A DNA stretch of 63,992 bases, the filler included, from Olpidium bornovanus S191 (Eukaryota; Fungi; Olpidiomycota): NCBI GenBank assembly GCA_017911155.1. It is 32 parts of 32 records of this genome, joined end to end, with 100 filler letters (N's around TTAATTAATTAA, not from the genome) between each part and the next. Parts side by side here need not be neighbours in the genome. Positions count along the whole stretch, not along the records: positions 9,869 to 12,183 come from JAEFCI010003032.1; positions 12,284 to 13,907 come from JAEFCI010011210.1; positions 14,008 to 17,637 come from JAEFCI010013343.1; positions 17,738 to 19,115 come from JAEFCI010012029.1; positions 19,216 to 21,410 come from JAEFCI010007480.1; positions 21,511 to 22,675 come from JAEFCI010012064.1; 26 more parts are not named here. The stretch is one strand, 5' to 3'. Under the pieces are notes generated by a model. It was not told where the DNA came from, searched no databases, and saw nothing but the letters and a program-made list of their open reading frames with translations. Below, in pieces: positions 9,869 to 22,775 of this stretch. The number at the start of each line of letters is the position of its first letter. Position 1 is the first letter of the stretch. A program made the translations under genes and the position numbers.

Positions 9869-11317
9869 CATGAGGGTCACGGAGTGGCTGTCGTTTGTGC
9901 CTGACGTCCGCGGCTCGCTTCCGCCCATTGTCAAGTCCTGGGACCCGGTGGACAGGCTCATCGAATTTGTCCCTCCCAGCGGAGCCTATGACCCCAGGCA
10001 TTTCCTTGCCGGCACGACGGTTTCTGATCCCGAGTCTGGCGTGGAGCTGTGGCTGTCGGGCTTCTTCGACCAGAACTCGTTCGTCGAAACTCTTTCCGGC
10101 TGGGCTCGCACTGTGGTGCGTGGCTGGCGGTTTCCAATCTGCTCCACAACTGACGTCAACCGACGCTTACGAACCTTTTGCGCACCGATTCTTCCCTTCC
10201 GGCACCGGACGAATAACAGGTTGTCGGCCGGGCCAGACTCGGCGGCATTCCTATGGGAGTCATCGCGGTCGAGACGAGGACAGTTGAAGCCACGGTACCG
10301 GCTGATCCTGCGAATGCCGACTCCCAGGAACAGGTGGACGTCGAGGCCGGTCAGGTCTGGTACCCAAATTCGGCGTTCAAGACGGCTCAAGCTATCAACG
10401 ACTTCAACAAAGGAGAACAGCTTCCGCTGATTATATTTGCAAATTGGCGAGGCTTCTCCGGCGGCCAGCGTGACATGTACAACGAAATCCTCAAGTACGG
10501 GTCCTACATCGTTGACGCCCTCACCAAATACAGGCAGCCCGTTTTTGTCTACATCATCCCCAACGGGGAGCTCCGCGGAGGAGCCTGGGTCGTTCTAGAC
10601 CCCACCATCAACTCGGATATGATGGAGATGTACGCGGATTCCGCGTCCAGGGCCGGCGTCCTTGAGCCGGAAGGCATCGTGGAAATCAAGTATCGCAAAC
10701 CTCAAATACTTGCCACGATGGAGCGGCTCGACGAGTCGTACCGCAAGCTCAAGGCGGAGCTCTGCGCGGGCGGGAAAACCGCCGAGGAGACCGCCAAGCT
10801 GAAGCGGCAGCTCGAAGAGAGAGAGAGCCGCCTGCTGCCCGTGTACCAGCAGATCGCCGTCCATTTCGCGGACCTTCACGACACTGCGGGGAGGATGCAC
10901 GCGAAAGGGGCCGTCCTGCGGGTGCTGGAGTGGCGGAGCTCGAGGAGATTCTTTTACCACCGCGTCCGCCGCCGTCTCCTGGAGGAGCAGCTGCACCGGG
11001 AGATCGCCGCGGCCTGCCCCGCCGCCGGCCGCTCCGCGGCCGCCGCCTTCATCAAGTCCTGGTACCTGGAGGACAAGGGCGCCGTCCCCGACGACTTTGC
11101 GAGTTCGGACGCGGAGGTGGCCGACTGGCTGGCCGCTGACCCGCCGCGGCACCGCTCGCGCGTCGCCCGCCTGCGCGACGAAGGTTTGGTCCGCACCGTC
11201 TGTTCGGTGGCCAAGCTGTCTCCCGACGCCTTCTCCTCCGGGCTGGCGGCGGCGCTCTCGAAGATGCCGGTAGCGGCGCGGGAAGCACTTGTCAGAAAGC
11301 TCCGTGCTCTCGAGTAG
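9869..11317 (+). CDS. ACC1: Acetyl-CoA carboxylase, C-terminal carboxyltransferase domain, 5' partial
   Basis: [80 protein letters not shown] and [16 protein letters not shown]; intron 10116-10219; TAG ends at 11317. Confidence 0.98.
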
Positions 11318-14300
11318 AGCTTTCTTCCATCTTTCTCTCCTCCACCCCCCCTCCCACCTTCGCCCTCCCTCTCCTCCCCCCCTTTTTCGCACAGTTTTGA
11401 TTTGTCTTAACCCGCACATCGCCTGTAATCCCACAGTGCGTCCCAAAAATTAAATAGAAGACATCAAGAAATATTTTGGCATATGACATTGGGGGTTTTT
11501 GCACTATTTAGATTCCTCCCTTTCCAAAATTTTTAAAGATGCAGCCGGTGCGCGATGAGATCTACGTATGATGCCGGATTTGGCCGTCCTGAGGCGCGTT
11601 TTTTTTGTCTTGTCTTTTTTTTTTTTTTTTTTTTTTTCTGTTTGACGAACGTACTTGGAAAGACGGACTCTGAATTTGCAGCCTACAAAAAAACACCACG
11701 ATACACGGGGCTAGCCCAGCCGCTCATCTGAGGCTTCCAGCGTCTCTTGCCGTCATCCACGGGTGACTGTCAATAAGAAGGCTGCCGCGCAGCATATGCA
11801 TCCAGGCTGTGACCAGAACGGCGGGGCAATTGTGCTCACAAGCTTGCGACCCTCTTTCTGGACTGGCTTCGCATGCCGCGTCTCGGACTTAAACGCTCGA
11901 AAGGAGCGGGTGTGAAAAACGGCGCCGGGCTCCCTTGATCGCCCCCCCCCCCCCCCCCCCCAACCCAGCGGGCAGGGGGACGAATGAGAGACTGGGGCAG
12001 GTTGCGCGCGAACGGAAAATTTAATGCAATTACAGCGCACAAAAGTCGGGTCCCACCCCCGCCCTCTTGAATTCTGCGTTCGAAAGGAGCTCGCGGGAGC
12101 TGCTCTATTCCGGGAATCTACCCTACTTTATAGAGAGGATTTCAGGGGAAAACCCGGGTGGGCGCAGTGCACTATCTCCCCCCNNNNNNNNNNNNNNNNN
12201 NNNNNNNNNNNNNNNNNNNNNNNNNNNTTAATTAATTAANNNNNNNNNNNNNNNNNNNNNNNNNNNNNNNNNNNNNNNNNNNNAAAGTGGGTTGGTATGC
12301 GCATAACCAAACTTTTAAATCGTTTTTTGTGTTCTAATTATCCGGCGACATTCTCCAACAATCTCCAGGTCGCCCTTGGGATACGCCGAGTTGGAGGAGG
12401 CATGGGGACGGCAGGTGTATCGAAGTCTTACTGACCAATAACCGCTTGCCTCTGCCACCGCGTCGCGTTAGCAAAGAGAGCCCTCCGCTTTGCTTTCGCC
12501 ATCCCAGGCCTCGCTCCTCCGATCCACCGCCGCAAATAACCGGGGGTTTGCTGTCCGACGCTTCTCCGCGAAGTGTGTGCCGTCACCGGGCGTGTCTGCC
12601 GCCTTGCAGCAGAGTAGAACAAGGTCGCCGTTGCGGGGGGGTGCGAATATGTTGGCTTTCGAGCCAAACACCCAGTCACCCAAGGGTTGCACACAGCGCC
12701 CGCGGTTTCGTCGCCGGCGCGTCCGTTTCCGCCCCCGCAGTAGACGCACACGATCTCGTCGACCCCGCCGCAGATCCGATTGCGCTGGGTTACTTAATTA
12801 TTTATTATGTTAGCCGAGCAATATCACCAAGATATAGATCGATTTATTGATCGTAATTTAATTATTAATTTTGTTTAAAACAAGCCTGTTTTGCTTGTGC
12901 AGGCGGAGAGAGCTTGGCCGGTGATCTAGAAAAGGCCGCTTTTCCGTCCATGAACCCTATAAATATACGGCTCGCGGCATGTTTTTGCTGCCTTGTCGCC
13001 GACCGAGATACGCAATAGGTCACTTCCATCCAATCGCACAGCGCGGACTCTACTCGCGCGGCATACAGGGACCAGAATAGCCAGCAGAAATTAATCTTTC
13101 CCAAATGGCGACCGAACACGCGTGACGCAAAATCTTAAACGGCAGAATCGCGAGTTAAGGCGGCGCTTCCCTAAGGCACCTTTCCCGGCGACAGTTCATG
13201 ATGTTTTGAGTGCAAACCTACACTATGTTGAGCGTGCGCTGGCGTGAGCTTTACCAGAATCCGCCCGGACGCCCGGACGCGCCAGAGGTATGCTGTCCGG
13301 CAGGAAGGGTCGACCGTGACATTATCGGACAATTGTTGAAAAAGCCTTCATATCGCTGCAGTCAAAAATCACAACAGTTAATGGAACAAAACGAAAGACA
13401 AGTACACGGTGCCTCACGCCACATTACCAACGATGTCGGCAAAGCACAAAAAAAAACGCACATGGCGGACGCACGCAAAAAGAGGGCGACCAGGCACTGG
13501 TATTCGGTCCGGCAACGCAACTGGCAACCGGGCCAGAAAACAACCAGAGGAGAAAGTGCGCCAACGTACCGATAAATGCCGGGAGTTTAAAAAATGGGCT
13601 CGCGAAAGAAAAAAACTGATTAAACCGAGCGCCCGCGTCCACGGCAGACCAAATGGTAAATGAAGACAGGTCGCCGCGCGGGGCAAGGAAAGATGAGCTT
13701 AGCATCACCGAGCATGACAATCGGTGTGTCGCGGCAGCTGACGAGAAAAGAAAAGAAAAAACAAAAAGAGAGGCCAACTCGTTCCACATTTCTTGCGAGC
13801 CTCGGGGGAAAAGCACTTGGAGACGATGGACGCTGGGTGTCTCCATCGGCAATCAATTTTTTTTTCCGCGCCAAAGAATGGTTCGCGTTAGAAACAAGGC
13901 CTCGGTTNNNNNNNNNNNNNNNNNNNNNNNNNNNNNNNNNNNNNNNNNNNNTTAATTAATTAANNNNNNNNNNNNNNNNNNNNNNNNNNNNNNNNNNNNN
14001 NNNNNNNCATGTAGACCGAGCCCAAGGTCGCCCGGCGGCGGGCGAGGCTACTCCCTGCGCCCCTGATCGACGCCGAACAATTCAGAGATCCCCGAAACGG
14101 CAGCGGGGACCTCCGTCTGCGTTGAGAGCGTTCAAGACCCCGCTGTCGAAGGTAGCGTATCAGATCATTCTCGTTTTCCCACCGCCCCGCTCTCTGTTGT
14201 CGTTTTTGCAATCCTGTTATTGAGGTGATCCTTTCCTCCGACCCAAGTTACTGGTCACTCCTGCGGGAAGTCACGCCAATCGGTCCGCGTTTACCGTCCC

Positions 14301-15635
14301 CCGTCTGCATAGCGTGCAACAGAGGTGGGCCACCAAAAGCCAAGCCATATTGTAATTTACTGTCGCCTTTGCGTTTGAAACGTCACACAAAACAACTCTG
14401 CACGTCCCTGGGCAGAGACATGACCGTCTATCCTGGATCGCTCGTTCGGAAAGTCCAGGCGTCAACACCGTCGGCTCAGGGCGGCCGATCCAGCAAGGCA
14501 GACGTAAGCCGGACGCTTGATTTGTCCGGTGAGTGTTCGCGCCTCGGGCGTTTAGGTTAAATTTCGGTTAAAATTCGCATCCATGGCGTTCAGTAACACA
14601 TTTTGACCGGGCGGTTTGCAGGAATCGGCGGCGGGATTACCCCGATCCGCGGTCGCCGATCTACGTTGGCATCCATAAGCGTCGGCACGCCGCTTGAATC
14701 GCCCGTCGTGGTGGGCTTCCGCGAGGTCAACGACGAAAACAACTGCTTCGAGGACGCAGGTAGCCGCATGGTCCACGTTTTTTTTTTTTTTTGTGGGTGG
14801 TGCGGCAGCTCATCTCCGTCGAATCCTCCAGCCGGGGCAAGTCAGGCACAGCCACAACCCGAGACGACAATATGTTACACGTGAGCACAACGACTTATTT
14901 TTTCCCAAAGCGCAACGGGGCCCTAAAGCTCTCGAATTTCGCCCATGCAGACCAATGGGCGGAGGCAAGGGGCGCGCAGCAGGCACTTCGGGGTGGAACG
15001 TGAACTCGCCGCTGCCGCCAAGATCGAACAACCTGGGGAAACGGCGTTGCGCAAGCCGCGAGACGGAGGGAGGGTCCGATTTTTGACATTCCAGAATTTT
15101 CCTGCGGCGTACAGGAAACGACGTCGTTGACAAAAGTCGCCACCGTGGCAAAGGGCGCGTTCTGCACGGCGACCGCCTGGGTCGCCTGCGTTGACTGTTG
15201 CGCGAGCCGAATTCAATGGACCTCGCGTGATGTAAACCAGCGGAACGTTCCTGGGCATCACTGGCAAACATAATCGTGTGGCTTCTTACGGAAAGCCACT
15301 TACGGCACCGGATCTCGACTGCGAACCGCTTCCGGACACTTTATGACGGGAGAACCAAAACTTTTGAAGAACATTTAAATCAACTTTTCGTAATTTACCT
15401 TTTTGCCATCGGCGTCAGGAAACAGGCCGCTGACCGAACTCAATTGCAGGAGGTTTCCTTCTTGTACGCCTTAGGAAAGTTAGACTTTTTTGTGATTTCG
15501 TTACGCCCGGTGCCGGTCCCCCACAATCGGGCAGGGGTTTCCAACCGGCCCGGTGCAGAGAAACTCGCGAAATTCTTGTTGGCAATCCGAGGTGACCCCG
15601 CCGGGGTTCCTCGATGCGGTCGCCAAAGGGCGTTT

Positions 15636-16539
15636 TCACGCCACCTTGCTTGACACGCACAACGAAACGCCGGCGACGACGAGGGCCATTCCCAGCCACG
15701 CCTCTTCTTGGCGGAAAACAAGGAGCCCCGAAGCAGTACACAAAAAATCAAGAGTGGGGGGAGAAAATTGTGACGGACAATTTGGAAACCGGCCGCGATG
15801 ATTCGGGAGGCGGGGTGGCCGGCGCGCGGACGAGAAAAGAAAACGGGGGGCATGGGGAGCCGCGGGCAAAGGGCCTTTTTTATTTTTTTATTTATTTATT
15901 TATTTTTTTTTTTACCTGTCCCGCCCACTTTTTCGCCCAGCAGGGCTCCGGTCAGTGTCGTGAAGATGAAGGTCAGCGAGTTGGCGATGGGGACAGCGAG
16001 CGACAAGTCTTTCTTTGCGCGTTATGCCCAAAGCAGGAGAGGGGGCGGGCGCATCAGCGCAGGCCTTTTGTTTATTTACTTGTCTTCGCCCGGCTCCCGG
16101 GGACGGGAACGCGAGAGCGAAGTCGTAGTTTGCGAAACGCGGAGGGGAGGCGGAGGGAGCGGGGACGGGAACACGACCCACCGGCCTCGGCGAGGGTGTG
16201 GTAGTACACGACGGAACCGGCCAGGTTGAGAAGAAGCGGAACGACGTACTGCGGGGACGAACACGGCGCGGGGGACGGGGAGCGGGCCAGAGAAAAAGTG
16301 CCGGGAGAATCAATCCACTCATTTCGGGAGGAGCGGAGGAACGGCGGGTGGAAGTAAAAGGGGAACGGGACAAAACTCGCCTGCCAGCGGGTCAGCAGGT
16401 ACGCGAGTTCCGCGCAGGTCCGGCCGAGGAGCGGGTGGGGCTCGACGCGCTCCAGGCCGCGCGAGCCCCTCTTGATCAGCGGGTTGGTGGCGCCCCAGCA
16501 GAGCGCCACGAGGACGAACCCCGCGGCGTGCTGCAGCAT
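15636..16539 (-). CDS. TMEM234: TMEM234-family small membrane protein, four exons
   Basis: [68 protein letters not shown] and [21 protein letters not shown]. Confidence 0.92.
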
Positions 16540-16659
16540 GTCTTTTTTGGTTCTTTTTTCTTGCGCCGGTCCCCGTCCCGTTCGCGCCGGCCGTCTCACG
16601 TCAAAAACCGCCCGCTCACCCGCCGCTCGGTTGACGAAGGCCTGTCAAAATCAAAGGAA

Positions 16660-16692
<33 letters not shown>

Positions 16693-16701
16693 CGGAGAGA
16701 C

Positions 16702-16860
16702 GAAGAAGAAGAAGAAGAAGAAGAAGAAGAAAAAAAAAAGGGGGGACGAATGCGGGAAAGGGCTTTGGCTTTGCCGGGCGAGAGCGCAGCGACGAGAGAG
16801 AGAGCGAGAGCGAGAGAGAGCGAGAGAAAGAGACAGAGACAGAGAGAGAGAGAGTGAGCG
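16702..16860. repeat. (GAA)n followed by imperfect (GA)n microsatellites
   Basis: GAA tract at about 16702-16730 and GA tract at about 16793-16860, upstream of TMEM234. Confidence 0.85.
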
Positions 16861-17737
16861 GACAGAGACGGCTGTTGCTGCTGCTGCTGCTGCCGCCCGC
16901 CCCGTTGCGACCGGCCCGCCCCGGGGGGATTGCGACGGCGGGGGGCTCCCGTTCCCCGCCCCGCCCTTCCCTCCCACGCGCGCGCTTCCCCGTTACCGCC
17001 CGCCCGGCTGCGCCATCTCCCCCACAAGCAAAACAAAAGGAAAAAAAAAAAAAAAAAAAAACCAGAACTGAGAGAGAGAGAGAGAGCGAGAGAGACACCC
17101 GTGTCGAAGAAGAAAAAAAGCCCCCCTAACGGCCCCGGCCAGGGCATCTCCGCGGTAACGAGGGACGGGGGGAAGGGGCGGGCGGGCTTGCACCCGCGGT
17201 CTTGGGGAAGGACGGGGAAAAGGGAGGGGCGGTCCGCTTCCCCGGAGGAGCGCCCGGGGTCCGCGTGCTTCCGCCGCTGACCTCATCGAGCCTCGGGACT
17301 TTTTTTTCCCTCCAGCGCCCTCCTCCCCTTCCCCACACCCACCACACACTCCACCGCCGCCACCCGCCGCCCGCGCCCCCCCCCCCCCCCCCCCCCCGCC
17401 CCCCACCCCGCCCCCCCCCCCCCCCCCCACCCCCCCCCCCCCCCCCGTTCGGCTCCTAGACTTCTGCGTCAAGCCTGGCGCACCTACGGCCGTGTATTTT
17501 TTCTTAATGTTGTAGATCATGGTTTGGTATATATATGTATATACACATATATATGCTTGTATGCGTAGATGTTTCCGGATAAACCGACGTTGCGCGCGCA
17601 AACGAAAAAAAAATCCCCTCGTCGGCGCAGGCGGGCCNNNNNNNNNNNNNNNNNNNNNNNNNNNNNNNNNNNNNNNNNNNNTTAATTAATTAANNNNNNN
17701 NNNNNNNNNNNNNNNNNNNNNNNNNNNNNNNNNNNNN

Positions 17738-19115
17738 GCCATGGGATTGGCCGCCACCGCAAGCAGGTTGTTCAGGTGACCTTTGAGCTCTTCGTTCTCG
17801 CGCCGGATCGCCGCGACAGTGGCCTCGTCCTCCGCCGCAGCTGCGCGCGCCGCGGGCGAGACTCCCCGCGGAGCAGCGAAGCTCGGCTTCCCCTTTGGCG
17901 CCTGACTCGACGGACTCCGCTCGTTCTGGCCGTGCATCCACTGCGTGAGTTTCGCGATCTCCGCGTCCTTTTCTGCGAGCTGCTCGGTGAGCGCCGAAAT
18001 CTTGCTCTGCATGGCCTTCTGCTCCGTGGTCGCCGACCCCAGATTTTTCTTGATTCCAGCCGTGACGGTGGCAAGCTGCTCGTTTGCCTCCTGGGCCTTC
18101 CTCTTGTGTTTCTCCGCCTTTTCCTTGTACTCGGCGACCGCGGCATCGAGCTCCGCAATCCTTTGCAGGAGCTCCTTCTTCTCGTTCTCCTGCTTCTGCA
18201 GGTTGTGGGTGAGTTCGAACACTTTGTTTTCCAGCCTGTACGAAACCTCTTTCAAATGGCTCGCGGACCGCGCCTCCACGCGCTTGCGAGCTAGCTCGCG
18301 CTTCGCGTTTTTCCTCCTGATGCACGACTGCGTGAAGACCGTCGCTTTGCGATATTTCAGGTAGGCGGATCGGCAGCGCCTGAACGAAGAAAAAAAAAAA
18401 GTCGGTGAAACGCCTGCTCAGAAGAATCTGTAGTGTCGTTTCTCTCTTTCTGTCGTGGAGCCGCACACACCATCCGCGGTAAAACGACTGGATCTTGACC
18501 GTGGCAGACTCCCGCCGAAGTTTCGCGAAGCGCTTGCGTGCCGCGCGACCACGCACAACTGCGCCAAAAATACGTCAGTGATACTTCGCCGCTGAGTACA
18601 TGGATGAAAAGCTTTGCATGTGACACTCACGCGCCTGCAACTTAATAATGAGTTTCCTCTGCCTTCGGTGCTCTTTCTGCGCACTGTAACGTCGCCAGGC
18701 ACTTTGGATAGTGATCGCCGCCTTTTCCGCTTTTATTCTTTGAAGCGTCCGCTGCGCGATCTTGCGGCGCATTACTGCGTGGAAGCGTCAGATAGCGTAA
18801 GCCTGCTCCATTGCTCATTGAGCCAAAAGACGTCCTGTTCTGTCTCTTTTGCCCAAAAAAGTCCTTGTACGCACTTGATTGAGCCATAATCGTTGCCTTT
18901 CGCAGGCGCCGGTAATACCTTTGGGCCAGCATGCGCTTGACAGACTTCTGAATCAGCACGGTGTATCGATTGAGAGCTTCCGAACGCTTTCTTTCCATGT
19001 ACGCCAGCTGCCAAGGTTGCAGGCGCAAGGGTTAACCAGCAAGAACCGACATCTGCAGAATGACACATATTTCAAGAACATACCTGGCCTGCCCGAAAGA
19101 ACACCTTGGTCAAGC
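17738..19115 (-). CDS. MYO2: Class V myosin: end of motor, IQ neck and coiled coil, internal fragment
   Basis: LTKVFFRAGQ, LAYMERKRSEALNRYTVLIQKSVKR, serial IQ motifs (TIQSAWRRY, KIQSFYRGW) and EARSASHLKEVSYRLENKVFELTHNL. Confidence 0.95.
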
Positions 19116-19215
19116 NNNNNNNNNNNNNNNNNNNNNNNNNNNNNNNNNNNNNNNNNNNNTTAATTAATTAANNNNNNNNNNNNNNNNNNNNNNNNNNNNN
19201 NNNNNNNNNNNNNNN

Positions 19216-19503
19216 GACGATGCCGCTCATTTGCGCCGCCGTGAAATCCTCACACTGTGCGCGCCGATGCCCCAGCTGGTCGCACCAGAGACAACGACCA
19301 GCCGCCACATTTGCCGGACGCGCAAGGGGTACACCAACGTGCCCCGGGCTTCTGGCGAAAGGGCCAGCCGCCGGCGGGCTCGGCCTTGCCTCTCTACCCA
19401 TGAGCCGCGTCACCTGAGCCGTCAGCGCGGACACCTGTCGCGAAAGCTCGGTCAGCTCCGTCGACGCGCCCGACCGTAAACTCGCAACGCCCTTGAGGCA
19501 CAA
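19216..19503 (-). mobile_element. LTR-retrotransposon gag fragment with CCHC zinc knuckle
   Basis: CLWCDQLGHRRAQC preceded by a short coiled coil (ELTELSRQVSALTAQV). A degenerate gag-like sequence may extend to about 20080. Confidence 0.75.
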
Positions 19504-20674
19504 ATACGCCTGTATTCCGTAGAGATTCTACAACTGGGCAAACAGCTCAAAACAGAAAGCTCCTGCCCGTCTCCCCGTCCCCGTCCTCGTTCGGCCACTG
19601 CCTGTGGAAGTAAAAAGTCCTTCACCCTTCCCCCCCCCCCCCGGGAAACCGTCCAGCCCACCCGGGCGGGCGCTTTGATGGGCACATCGAAGCGAGGTCA
19701 TTATGGGCACTACAGAGAGCACATTGGAATAAAGTCAGTACCGGCGATACGGGCGCTACTTAGAGCGTGTCGATTGTCACCAGCCAGTCCTTTGAAGAGC
19801 ACTTTAATGGGCTTTTCGAAAGAAAGGCGTTTAAGGTACGGTGTCGGGACAACGGGTGTTGAGACGACAGGCAGCACTACCTCTACGTCTAACCTTCAAT
19901 ACGCAGCCCGTCCCCCACCACTGTACTTCAGCTCGACGGTACAAAGAAATAGAAAATCGCACACCAACTCCCCTCCCAGCAAAATAAAGAGACACTAATT
20001 GTTTCAGCCGCACTCCAACCTCCTTGTGCACCTGCTCCACGTCTCGTCTCCAGTCCTGATAATTGATTCTACAGTACAATAAGTGACAATTCAGAGATGG
20101 GGGACGGAGGGTCGGTCGGGTGCTGGTTCAAGCTTGGTCTCCGGGATGCGCACGGTGGGGCGTATGCCTTCCCTGTTAAAATGACGGGCCTGACCAAAAA
20201 GGTCAAACTCCGGACTTCCTCAATGCGATCCACCACCAGCCCAGTGGGGGGACCGCGCGTCCGCTTTTGCTTCGCCAGGTTCGCGGGGGGATTATCACAA
20301 GCAGGTTTTTCTCGCAGTAGGCGTTAAGGGCGAGCGCCGCAGGGAAGATGCAAAAAAGAGAAGTCTAGGCAGCACGGTGCGGTCTTAGATGAGGGTAAAA
20401 AAAACCGAGGGCCAGAAAGCATATGAACAATAATAAAAGGACAAACGGAAAATGGGAGGGGGGAAAAAAAAAAACTGCGTTGTCCCTTCGTGGCTGGGAT
20501 ACTTACTGACGTGCGAGGAGCGACGTGGAGACAGAAACACCAAAAAAAGGGGGGGAGGGAAGGGGAGAAGAAAAAGAGAAAGCAAGAGGGCAGAGTCAAT
20601 GCTGAGGAAAGTACAAAGGACGAATGAACCTTTGATACTTGCTCCCAGCTCGGATATATTTCCGGTCCCGGTGT

Positions 20675-21410
20675 TCACGGCTGCAATTCGTCCTCCAGGT
20701 ACGCGTATTCGAAGCTATAAGTCACAGACCCGGAAAGAAGGTTGCAGTGAGTTTGCTGCGCGCCAACCGCTCACTGTGCAAGCTTGGTATTCCCGTCAGG
20801 ATAAAACCGACAAAACGAAGCCGGAACTGTCGCCTTACCGGAAATCGTTCTTTTTTCGCTGGCACCACGCCCCCTCGTAGTCAAAGTACACGTATGATCC
20901 CTGCTCGTAGTCATCCGTGACGACTTTGGGCTCCTCGTGCCGCTGAAACCACGTGAGATATTGCTTGTGGAAACGCCACGACTGGCGCTTCAACTCCCGC
21001 GCAGCAAGGAATTGCGAGTGCGTGCCCCGGACGTAATAGAAGATGAAAAATAGGCTGTCCGCGTTGAACCGCTCGAATATCGCCGGCGCTTCCAGGTGCG
21101 GCAAGGAGGTCTGCGGGTAGTGCGCTGGTGTCGGCCACGGAGTCCGCGGGATATACGGCTGACGCCTGACGTGGAGGAAACCGGAGAATGAAAAGTCTCA
21201 TTTGAAACCAGGGCTTGTCCGGCTGACAATTTTCTGAAGCCTCACTAACAATCATTCCTGCAAACAACGGGATGACAATGCATTACAACTAACCTTTCTG
21301 CATCCAACGCGTCTGGCGCGTAAGCGAAACTGACATCCAGCATCTGCTCGGGCCACGAATCTGCCGGTATTGGATTATTCACTAAATTTACAGAGTTAGC
21401 GGGTCATGCA
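20675..21410 (-). CDS. CNOT3: CCR4-NOT subunit Not3/Not5, C-terminal NOT box, 5' partial
   Basis: QMLDVSFAYAPDALDAER, PTPAHYPQTSLP, LFFIFYY...QFLAARELKRQSWRFHKQYLTWFQRHEEPK...GSYVYFDYEGAWCQRKKNDFR, and last exon FEYAYLEDELQP* (stop at 20675). Confidence 0.95.
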
Positions 21411-21510
21411 NNNNNNNNNNNNNNNNNNNNNNNNNNNNNNNNNNNNNNNNNNNNTTAATTAATTAANNNNNNNNNNNNNNNNNNNNNNNNNNNNNNNNNN
21501 NNNNNNNNNN

Positions 21511-22317
21511 CATGGACAGTAGCAGGTGCTCCTCACGAGACTCGTACTGGTTTCCGTAGAGCGTAAACATCACGGTTTGCAGCAGAGCGTCAATCTCCGC
21601 AAGCGTAACCAGCCGGCACAGAGTGGCGATATACCGCGGCTCTGTCTGAAGAAGAAAAAAAAGTGTGCCATACGCCTTGTTCGCCGATTGCCAGGAGTCT
21701 GTTAGATTCTGTACACGCGCTAGGCTGTACCGCAGAGCTGCCGCCCACCTGTTTCTTTTTGTCATCGGCTAAAAATCCTTCTTCTGCATCCACCTCCTCC
21801 AATTGGTTTGCAAATTCTTGCTGGTCTTCCAAAGCCATCCTATTTTGAATCAACAAAGCGATGCGCGAGTCTAAGTATCGCACATCGCGCTCCAGCACGA
21901 AGTTCTTCTTCGACTGGTTCGAAATTTTGCATTTCAGATCTCGAAGCCTGCGCTGAGCTGGTGACAGTTGGCGAGGTGCAGTGCGCGAGGTGAGGAGGTT
22001 AGATGTCAAGTTTACTACAGGTTGGATTCGTGGTGACCTCGCGCAAGTGCCGCGTGGACGCATGCTCCGCACGTCGATCTGGATGAACGTCGCGTTTCGT
22101 TGGCCGGCGTCTCCTTCGCCAACCCCGCGCGTCCCGTGTCACAAGCGGAGAGCCCCGGTCCCTCCACGTGCCCACCTCTAGCAAGCTCGTCGTCGACTTC
22201 CTGATCCTGCTCCGCAGCGATGGAGAACAGGGCAGAGGTGTACCGCCTGCTCCAGGGTCGCGATCCCGGCTCATTCGCTGGCCCGCCGTTGTCATCGGCC
22301 GACTGCAACGGCTCCAT
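21511..22317 (-). CDS. gap1: Ras GTPase-activating protein (S. pombe Gap1/Sar1 type), N-terminal part
   Basis: [68 protein letters not shown], then [22 protein letters not shown]...[21 protein letters not shown]. Confidence 0.9.
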
Positions 22318-22775
22318 GGCGGTCTTTTCCCTCGCCTACTTTCCGGAGCCGTGTCTGAGGGCAGGAAGAGGTGGCGGGGAGAGGGGCTTCTTATCGTGCG
22401 GCGGACTCTGGCAGCGTGCTTGGCAGGGGCGTTTGGCGCGGCGGTGGCGGCAGCGGGCAAAGGCAGGACCAGCAGGCGGAGCACCACTGCGCTTGCCCTT
22501 GCGCGTTCGCAAGACGAGCAGGCGGTCGAGACCTCTTTCCCACCCAGCGGCGTTCCGGGGCTCCGCGCGGCCGTGCAGACAACGGCACTACGGCATTCGT
22601 GACCTTGATCGCCGCTGGCTTGTGCGGTTCTCTTCTCCTCGGGCCGAACGTGGACCTGGCTTGGGAAAGCGGGGGNNNNNNNNNNNNNNNNNNNNNNNNN
22701 NNNNNNNNNNNNNNNNNNNTTAATTAATTAANNNNNNNNNNNNNNNNNNNNNNNNNNNNNNNNNNNNNNNNNNNN

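Noticed and set aside
14008-15300. Possible minus-strand gene (MRLPASSKQLFSSLTSRK... and ...ENENDLIRYLRQRGL...)
   Set aside because: It looks protein-like, but I found no motif or verifiable exon chain.
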